64,000 bases of DNA, from contig OZ252239.1 of NCBI GenBank assembly GCA_965249485.1, forward strand, positions 640,001 through 704,000. Direction: 5' to 3'. A program made the position numbers and the translations under genes. How positions within the stretch are numbered: the first letter of the stretch is position 1; each line of letters starts with the position of its first letter. Positions 10,955-17,877 of this stretch are shown here, one piece after another. The notes below the pieces were generated by a model. The model searched no databases and was not told the origin of the DNA. It saw only the letters and a list, made by a program, of their open reading frames with translations. The DNA comes from a bacterium (GTDB taxonomy: Bacteria; SM23-31).

Positions 10955-12070
10955 CTAAAACCAGAAATGTATCTGCATGTCGACTTCACTGAAATTATCT
11001 GCATTTTCAACATTATGATAACGGTAATTCAATGCTGTTTCAAGGAAAAAATAAGGGAATAAATCGACTCCAGCAGTTATAGTTTTCCACTCATCTGCTG
11101 TACTGTTTTCCTGCGGCAGAAACAGGTCGTACCGCGCTCTGATATCAAAACCCTTCCGAATGAAATATGCCGCATCGAATGACATTGCCCTATCTTTTGC
11201 TGTCGGCAGCCCGTTGGGAGTTGCCTCAATCTGGTCAATCTCAGCAAGGAGGGCAAAATCTTTTATACCGATCATAGTAAATCCGCCAAAAATATCGCCT
11301 TTAGTATCGAAGAGCTTGTTATGATAGTACGATCCGCCGAGAATGACACTGAGTTCCCCGAAGGTATGCCGCGCCGCAATTCGAGAAGAAAAAGCTTTGT
11401 CTTTATCAAACTCTCGAAACTAGGGTGATCCATTATAGATCCCCAAATCGATGTGAAACGGTCCCGGATATACCCCTAAACCAACTCCAGTATCGAGCAA
11501 TCCCGGTACAAATGCCGGTGAACCACGCGGGACACTGAGCGCAAATCCAAGCCGTTCACGTACAAATGCTGTGTGATCGGCAAATCTAATACCAAAATTT
11601 GGTGTGAACGTTCCGACTCGTACGTAACCCTTCCAGGGCAGAACATAGCCTAATGCAAAAATCTCATCACGGGAGCGGAGCGAGTTATTATAAAGAAGAA
11701 GGAACTTGGATGTCGGCTGAACTGATACGTAAAGATTTCCTTCCATTGTTATTATATCTGATATATCATTTTCCTCGGAATAGTAAGAAAGCGCCCGGAA
11801 ATCGCCACCAATCGAGATATTATCAGAAATTCCTGTCTGAAACGGCCACGACTCTTCAAGCCCGCCGTTTTCTATCATCGGCAAATCATTCACCGAGATA
11901 AACTGGCTACCGAAACTGTTCCGCATTCCCGCACCACCAGGATCCTGATGACATAAAAAACAGTATTGACCGTATTTAGCTGCAAGCCTGGGTGTTGCTT
12001 TCACCGAGATACTTTGGAATAGTAATGCGGTAAACATGAGTAAAGCAATGACATATTTAATATACTTCAT
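10955..12070 (-). pseudogene. Cyc2-like monoheme cytochrome c-porin fusion interrupted by one in-frame TAG (11420-11422)
   Basis: Track ORFs 11420..12130 and 10955..11275 share a frame and the gap is open (FREFDKDKAFSSRIAARHTFG...FGGFT). Signal peptide, ATPRLAAKYGQYCFLCH, beta-strand pattern, terminal aromatic HFWF. Confidence 0.75.
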
Positions 12071-12268
12071 CTGTATGCCATTCCTTAATAGCAGATGTTT
12101 CAGACGCTTGCATCGGATAGAGTTCTCCACACAAGAGTTTGAATCGACAATGAACTAACTGTTAAAAAAATGGAATATTATTACAGTGTGATTGTACGCC
12201 ATATGAATTTATAATTAAATTATTGCTGTACAGCAATAACCTTTCGCTAAGATGATAAAAATGTAAGA

Positions 12269-12817
12269 CTATTCAAGAAATTCCTCTATTTTAAACAAGG
12301 CCGCATACGTATAGCCCCGTTTTTCAATAGTCTCTTTACCGCCTTGCTGACGGTCAACAATTACCATGACAGCCTCAACAATGCCGCCAGACTCTTCAAC
12401 TGCTTCAACAGCATTCAATAACGAACCTCCCGTTGTCATAACATCTTCAACGATAACGACCCGGTCTCCATTTTTAAAGTTGCCTTCAATACTTTTTTGT
12501 GTACCGTGTTTTTTTGCTTCTTTTCTGACAACAAATAATCTCAGAGGATTATCATTCAGATGTGACGCAATTCCTATACTGGTAACTATCGGATCAGCTC
12601 CAATTGTCGGTCCCCCGACAGCATCGATCGGTTTAGACAGATTCCGTATCTCCTGTAGCATCAATTGGCCAATGAGGTACACTCCTTCGGGATCGAAGGA
12701 TGTCATTTTACCATCAATGTAGTAATTGCTTTTTTTGCCCGATGCTAGAGTGAAATTCCCTAATTTCAAAGAACGTTCCAGAATGAGTTCTTTTAACCGG
12801 CTGCGCACATCGTCCAC
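12269..12817 (-). CDS. pyrE: Orotate phosphoribosyltransferase
   Basis: FTLASGKKSNYYID, RKEAKKHG, VEDVMTTGGS; GTG start at 12817 behind GGAGGT. Confidence 0.96.
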   Translation of the reverse strand: MDDVRSRLKELILERSLKLGNFTLASGKKSNYYIDGKMTSFDPEGVYLIGQLMLQEIRNLSKPIDAVGGPTIGADPIVTSIGIASHLNDNPLRLFVVRKEAKKHGTQKSIEGNFKNGDRVVIVEDVMTTGGSLLNAVEAVEESGGIVEAVMVIVDRQQGGKETIEKRGYTYAALFKIEEFLE

Positions 12818-13013
12818 GTCTGTTACCTCCAAGATAATTTCGTCAAATATAAAAAAAAGTATTTACTTTTGAAAGAGGAAATTGGAATTTCTCGAATGCA
12901 ATTATTGGAAAAATCAAGTGTTCAGTGTGAATAAATGGGGGTAGAGTATGTGGACATCCTCGGGAGTCAGCTCTCGAAGAGAATTACTGTTTATACCTTT
13001 GAAATAAGCTTTG

Positions 13014-14006
13014 TTATTCCAAATTTTCAAGAAAAGTTTCGATTGAGTTGGTCAGGCCCTTTGCAATTTCCTCCCGATACCATGACTGCCGCAAATAGTT
13101 TTCGCCTATTTTGCTTGAAATATAGCAGCTTTCTACTAGTACCGAGCCAAATGTTGCAGCATTCTTGTAAATAACGGTAAAGGGCTCCCGGCGGATATAA
13201 CCTTTATCACGCTCTAATTCATCAATAAGTTCATCTCGCACTACTTCCGCAAGCTCCTGACTTCTTTTGTCGTAGTAATAAATTTCTGTCTGGTTCAGGG
13301 AGCTGTTTCTACGAGCAGCGCTGTTAGCATGTATTGAAATAAAAAGGTCTGGCTTCCATTGGTTTGCATATGCTCGTCGGGCAGATGGTCGTATTGCCGT
13401 ATCTCTCCGGCGCGTAAGCTCAACAATTAAATCGCCGCGCCGATTTAACTGCTGCTCAAGTTTGAGCGCTATATCAAGTGTGACATCTTTTTCTTTTGTT
13501 CTTTTGACGGGTCCGATTGCTCCAGCATCTACTCCGCCATGACCGGGATCAATGAGTATTTTATATTGTTTTGCCGGTTTCACGGCAGCAGTGCCATTCC
13601 AGGATACAAGTATATAGGGTTCTGCTTTCTTGACAAAAGATACGGTTGGATTAATTCCGCTTTTTTTGAATCTAATTACCACACGTGAGACATTCGGTTT
13701 GAATTGCGCCCGCCGTAATGAACGAACATCATCAAGATCAATTATTGAATTTAACGGGCTTTTAATTCTACTGTCATAAACATCTACATAGAATCTGGAT
13801 CCTTCAAGCATATTATATTTGAACTGAGGTGTGTTTTGTGATCCGGCCGGATCGACAAAAATCTTAACAGTATCATATGAGTACCACACCTTATTAACGG
13901 TATGCAATCGAGTTCCGGCATAAAGTTCGCCGGATTGTGATACTATTAATATTGCAATAAGCAGTTTGAGCGCAATGAGTTTTGGCAGATGTTTCCGTAT
14001 TATCAT
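13014..14006 (-). CDS. N-acetylmuramoyl-L-alanine amidase (AMIN-like + Amidase_3)
   Basis: Signal peptide, RxAQFxPxVxRVVI AMIN motif, IDPGHGG, EKDVTL, ISIHANS, LVE. Confidence 0.92.
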   Translation of the reverse strand: MIIRKHLPKLIALKLLIAILIVSQSGELYAGTRLHTVNKVWYSYDTVKIFVDPAGSQNTPQFKYNMLEGSRFYVDVYDSRIKSPLNSIIDLDDVRSLRRAQFKPNVSRVVIRFKKSGINPTVSFVKKAEPYILVSWNGTAAVKPAKQYKILIDPGHGGVDAGAIGPVKRTKEKDVTLDIALKLEQQLNRRGDLIVELTRRRDTAIRPSARRAYANQWKPDLFISIHANSAARRNSSLNQTEIYYYDKRSQELAEVVRDELIDELERDKGYIRREPFTVIYKNAATFGSVLVESCYISSKIGENYLRQSWYREEIAKGLTNSIETFLENLE

Positions 14007-14069
14007 ATTGAATGATCCTTGAGAAGCCTCGTAAATTCCGACACAGTTTTCCCTTTCGAAATATACTTA

Positions 14070-14085
14070 AGCAATTTTAATGCCA
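14070..14085 (-). promoter_or_regulatory. sigma54 (-24/-12) promoter of the amidase gene
   Basis: Minus strand TGGCAT-TAAAA-TTGCT with exact GG-N10-GC spacing, about 65 bp upstream of the ATG. Confidence 0.7.
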
Positions 14086-14192
14086 TTATTGTTGTCTTAT
14101 TTTTTTAGCTATAAGTCGGCCGTTTCGAGACTAATAATCAGGAAAAATTTTCCTCTTTGAAAAAAAAAAAGTGAAATATTTTCCCAAAAACT

Positions 14193-14219
14193 TAAAGTAA
14201 AAAAAATAGACGACGATTA
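14193..14219 (+). promoter_or_regulatory. sigma28 (FliA) promoter of flagellin
   Basis: TAAA-N15-GACGATTA versus consensus TAAA-N15-GCCGATAA; exact spacing. Confidence 0.75.
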
Positions 14220-14226
14220 CTGTATT

Positions 14227-14306
14227 GCGGAGTCAAAAGGATTGACCCGCGCAACCGCGCTTTTTTCTGGTCTAGTAAGGATACTAGATAACAACAAACA
14301 AGGAGG
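14227..14306 (+). promoter_or_regulatory. CsrA-type GGA hairpins in the flagellin 5' UTR
   Basis: GTCAA-AAGGA-TTGAC (14232-14246), TCTAGTA-AGGA-TACTAGA (14271-14288) and SD AGGAGG (14301-14306). Confidence 0.65.
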
Positions 14307-14313
14307 TTACGCC

Positions 14314-15159
14314 ATGGCTATTGGTGATTCCACCCGAGTCAATACTAACATTGCAGCATTCAACGCCCTCAACGCTCTTAAGGGAATAAACCGAAATTTA
14401 GAGATCAGTCAATTAAAACTGGCGACCGGTCTTCGTATAAACGAAGTCTCGGACGATCCAGCTGGATTTACTATATCCAGAAGATTAGATGCCAGAGCTC
14501 GAGGTTTATCAGTTGCCCTTGATAATGTGGGTACCGCAAAAAACGTTCTCTCTATCGCAGAGGGAGGCCTTTTGAATATTCAGAGAATTATGATCGTGAT
14601 GAAAGAGAAGGTCACGCAGGCCAGAAGTGATACCCTGGGTGTAAAGGAACGTGAAGCTATTCAGCAGGAGCTTCTTCAGCTGACGGATGAAATTGAGGAT
14701 ATTGTTGGCGAAACTCAATTTAACAGCGTTGCACTTATTGACGGAACCTACACCGGCAAATCGTTTCAAACTGGTGAAGGAAAGGCGGATACGCTTACAT
14801 TCAGTATAGCATCAGGTGCCGCACCGTCAGACCTCAACGTTGCCTCAAATCAGGTAGCGAATAGTGTTGATAATTTTAACAATGCCGGTACTGCTCTCGA
14901 TAATGTGAATAACGCTCTGACAACTATCTTCAATAATCTTCAGTCGATTGGTGCTACAATTGGGCGCTTAACATTCAAGGAAGAAACGTTAAGGATTGCA
15001 GTCACAAATACCCTAGCAACCAAGAGCAGAATCCTTGATTCTGACATAGCGTTTGAGCAGTTGAGATCTACCAGACTTCAGATCCTTCAGCAAACTGCGA
15101 CAGCGCAACTGGCACAATCAAATGTTGCTCCTCAGAACGTACTAGCGTTATTCCAGTAG
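14314..15159 (+). CDS. fliC: Flagellin (short, 281 aa)
   Basis: RVNTNIAA, LATGLRIN..SDDPAG, TQFN, SRILDSDIA, AQSN..PQNVLAL; ATG at 14314 behind AGGAGG. Confidence 0.95.
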   Translation: MAIGDSTRVNTNIAAFNALNALKGINRNLEISQLKLATGLRINEVSDDPAGFTISRRLDARARGLSVALDNVGTAKNVLSIAEGGLLNIQRIMIVMKEKVTQARSDTLGVKEREAIQQELLQLTDEIEDIVGETQFNSVALIDGTYTGKSFQTGEGKADTLTFSIASGAAPSDLNVASNQVANSVDNFNNAGTALDNVNNALTTIFNNLQSIGATIGRLTFKEETLRIAVTNTLATKSRILDSDIAFEQLRSTRLQILQQTATAQLAQSNVAPQNVLALFQ

Positions 15160-15203
15160 AGGAATTATTTTATTAGTTTTTTGGGCATTGCTACATAGCA
15201 ATC

Positions 15204-15238
15204 AAGGCGGTTCACCTTTTATGGTAACCGCCTTTTTT
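15204..15238 (+). terminator. Intrinsic terminator after flagellin
   Basis: AAGGCGGTT...AACCGCCTT stem followed by a T run. Confidence 0.8.
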
Positions 15239-15264
15239 ATACTAATAAAGTGTATTTGTGAGAT

Positions 15265-16719
15265 TTAAGCTACACCAGGAGATTCGTATGATTGTGATGA
15301 AATTGAGAGATTTTTTGAGTGAGTTTCAAACCATTTAAGATGATCGCGCAGGCATACAACTTCTCCGACAATAAGGAGTGCCGGAGATTCCATCGGTTCA
15401 CTTTTGAGGATATCAGCTATTGTTTCAAGTGTTCCAATTACCGTTTTTTGATTAGGTAACGTGCCATTTTGAATGATTGCGACCGGTGTTTCAGGTGGAC
15501 GTCCGTTATTAATAAATAAATATATAATTTCTTCAAGATTCGAGAGCGCCATGTAGACTGCGACGGTATCTATTCCGATTGCTAGTGCTTTCCAATTAAC
15601 GGCCCGCCGGTCTCCGGCAGTGCTCTGGTGACCGGCAATAAGGGCAAAACTCGAACTATACCGCCTATCTGTCAGGGGGATTCCCGCATAGGCAGAGACT
15701 GCAACTGCCGCAGTTATTCCAGGTACTATTTCAAATTCTATACCAGCTTCAAAAAGGGCTTCTGCCTCTTCTCCACCCCTTCCAAAGACAAACGGATCGC
15801 CGCCTTTGAGCCTGACGACAGTATTTCCCTCTTGTGCTTTAGTAATGAGCAGAGCATTAATATTATCTTGATCACGTCTGTATTTGCCGTATTTTTTCCC
15901 CACGAATATCCGCTCGGCATCATCACGTGCCTTCGCAAGCAGATGGCCATCTACGAGGTAGTCGTAAAGGATGACATCTGCCTCATGCAATGCTTTCAAA
16001 CCTTTAACAGTAATCAAATCAGGATCACCGGGGCCAGCACCAACTAAAAGCACCCTGCCTGTTCCAGCATGAGATTTGGGTTTCCTGCTTACTTGTGTTC
16101 CGAATTTTGAGTCTTGTTCCAATTCACTATTTTTTTCGGCAGCTTCGAGACATTGCAACTCTTTAGAAACAATTTCCTCAAACATCGCTTTCCGCTTATC
16201 GTAGTCTTCTGTTGAACTAAAGACAGCCGGCCGAATATCGCCGAGCCGATTAAGAAGATCGCTGTAATCACTGCCGAACTGATTTTTTACTCTGTCCCGT
16301 ATAATCTTGCCGAGTGTTGGGCTTTTGCCATTCGTTGATACGGCAACGCAAAGGTCGCCTTCTCTGTAGACAGATCCAAGATAAAATGAGCACAGTTCCG
16401 GAACGTCGGCTATATTAACGGGGATATTGTTCTCTTGAGCATCACGGAACACCGCTTCGTTCACGGCAGGATTATCCGTTGTCCCAAACACAATTGTATA
16501 ACCGCTGCAATCCCCTGTTAGGTACATTCTCTTATGCAGAGTAATTGCTTTGTCTGTCTGCAGATCCCGAATAGTTTTGGTAACTTCAGGGGATATTACG
16601 GTAATATGTGCTTGAGCAGATTGGAGCTGCTTAATTTTCTGCTCTGCAACAGCACCTCCTCCGACAACGAGACACTGTGTGCTGTTCAAATTAATGAATA
16701 TGGGAAGTAAATTATTCAT
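15265..16719 (-). CDS. cysG: Siroheme synthase (dehydrogenase/ferrochelatase + uroporphyrinogen-III methyltransferase)
   Basis: LVVGGGAVA, STNGKSP, GAGPGDPDLIT, RLKGGDPFVFGRGGEE; likely start ATG 16719 (MNNLLPIF). Confidence 0.95.
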   Translation of the reverse strand: MNNLLPIFINLNSTQCLVVGGGAVAEQKIKQLQSAQAHITVISPEVTKTIRDLQTDKAITLHKRMYLTGDCSGYTIVFGTTDNPAVNEAVFRDAQENNIPVNIADVPELCSFYLGSVYREGDLCVAVSTNGKSPTLGKIIRDRVKNQFGSDYSDLLNRLGDIRPAVFSSTEDYDKRKAMFEEIVSKELQCLEAAEKNSELEQDSKFGTQVSRKPKSHAGTGRVLLVGAGPGDPDLITVKGLKALHEADVILYDYLVDGHLLAKARDDAERIFVGKKYGKYRRDQDNINALLITKAQEGNTVVRLKGGDPFVFGRGGEEAEALFEAGIEFEIVPGITAAVAVSAYAGIPLTDRRYSSSFALIAGHQSTAGDRRAVNWKALAIGIDTVAVYMALSNLEEIIYLFINNGRPPETPVAIIQNGTLPNQKTVIGTLETIADILKSEPMESPALLIVGEVVCLRDHLKWFETHSKNLSISSQSYESPGVA

Positions 16720-16741
16720 GATGTTGTTTTGTGTACTATGC

Positions 16742-16776
16742 AAAAAAAATACCCCGACCTAACGCGGGGTATTTTT
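16742..16776 (-). terminator. Intrinsic terminator-like hairpin between the DUF2061-like gene and cysG
   Basis: Minus strand AAAAATACCCCG-N8-CGGGGTA followed by eight T. Confidence 0.75.
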
Positions 16777-16789
16777 AAACACAGAATAT

Positions 16790-17023
16790 CTATTCAAGTG
16801 TCGCTTGCTGTTCGAGGACAGCCGGCTGATTTCTGAATCGGAGCCGGATCCACGCCCGCTCATGGAGATAATACGCAATTAGTTTGAAAATAGCATCCAA
16901 AATCCCGATAGATGCGGCAAATTTCATTTCACCGGTAATATACCATGCAATTATCATTGTTAACACCGTCGCGACAAATCTCCAGCTAATCGCTTTCAGC
17001 ACACTGACTTTTGAGGAATTCAT
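16790..17023 (-). CDS. Small membrane protein, DUF2061-like
   Basis: SVLKAISWRFVAT...YYLHERAW pattern; this family is often found in cys operons. Confidence 0.85.
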   Translation of the reverse strand: MNSSKVSVLKAISWRFVATVLTMIIAWYITGEMKFAASIGILDAIFKLIAYYLHERAWIRLRFRNQPAVLEQQATLE

Positions 17024-17044
17024 GATGTATAATATCTTTCGTAC

Positions 17045-17776
17045 CTACGATTGTACCTGTTGGGCTTCGGTTTCTACACCAAGCGGACGGGTATGAATAC
17101 CACATTCTCCGCCACACTTACTTGTGCCAATCCATCTGCCGGCACGTTCGTCTTCACCGACTGAAATACTTGAGCACGGAGCACATCCAAGCGATCTGTA
17201 TCCTTCACCATATAGCGGATTTATCTCGACATTGTTGAGGGCCAGGTACTGCCAAATCTCACGTTCATACCAGATAAGGATCGGATTCAGCTTAACGAGG
17301 TCTTTATCGCGTTGTTCAATTTCTTTATAATCTGTTCTTGTGCGGCCTTCAGTACAGCGCAATCCTGTCACCCAGCAGGCTACATTCATTTCCCGAACAG
17401 CACGCCGTACCGGTTCTACTTTCAAGTTGTCGCAGCACCGATCGGGATCCGTCAGGTAGAGTTTGTCGGGCTGCTCTGTATCATTTTTGAATATCTCGAG
17501 TCTTGGATACTTTTTTACGAGTTTATTCATCAACTCAATTGTCTCTTTCGGTTTATACCGTGTAGTTACAATAAAACCTTTAATATCCTTGCTCACTCTT
17601 TGAGCCAGATCCCACACAACGAGCGAATCTTTTCCGAGACTGTTCGCAACCACAAGTCGATCACCATATTTTTCGTGTGCATCACTGATGAGTGATAAAG
17701 CTCTGTCAACTTTCTGTTTGAAGTTCAGTCCCTTGACAAGTTCAGTAACATTTTCTCCATTTCCAGTAAGACTCAT
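17045..17776 (-). CDS. cysH: APS/PAPS reductase, Fe-S (APS-type) cysteines present
   Basis: SLGKDS, CC pair (DRCCDNLKVEP), SLGCAPC, RAGRW, ECGIH. Confidence 0.93.
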   Translation of the reverse strand: MSLTGNGENVTELVKGLNFKQKVDRALSLISDAHEKYGDRLVVANSLGKDSLVVWDLAQRVSKDIKGFIVTTRYKPKETIELMNKLVKKYPRLEIFKNDTEQPDKLYLTDPDRCCDNLKVEPVRRAVREMNVACWVTGLRCTEGRTRTDYKEIEQRDKDLVKLNPILIWYEREIWQYLALNNVEINPLYGEGYRSLGCAPCSSISVGEDERAGRWIGTSKCGGECGIHTRPLGVETEAQQVQS

Positions 17777-17877
17777 TTCTTGTACTCCCCTTTCTGAGAG
17801 GTGTGTTTGTGAATTACTTTAATTATAAATATGTCTTGAATTCTTGAGCTATAATTCTTCATTATATGAACAGAACA

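Noticed and set aside
11420..11422. Genome-wide TAG reassignment
   Set aside because: gyrB and the flagellin end in TAG at their expected C-termini, and rsmG also ends in TAG.
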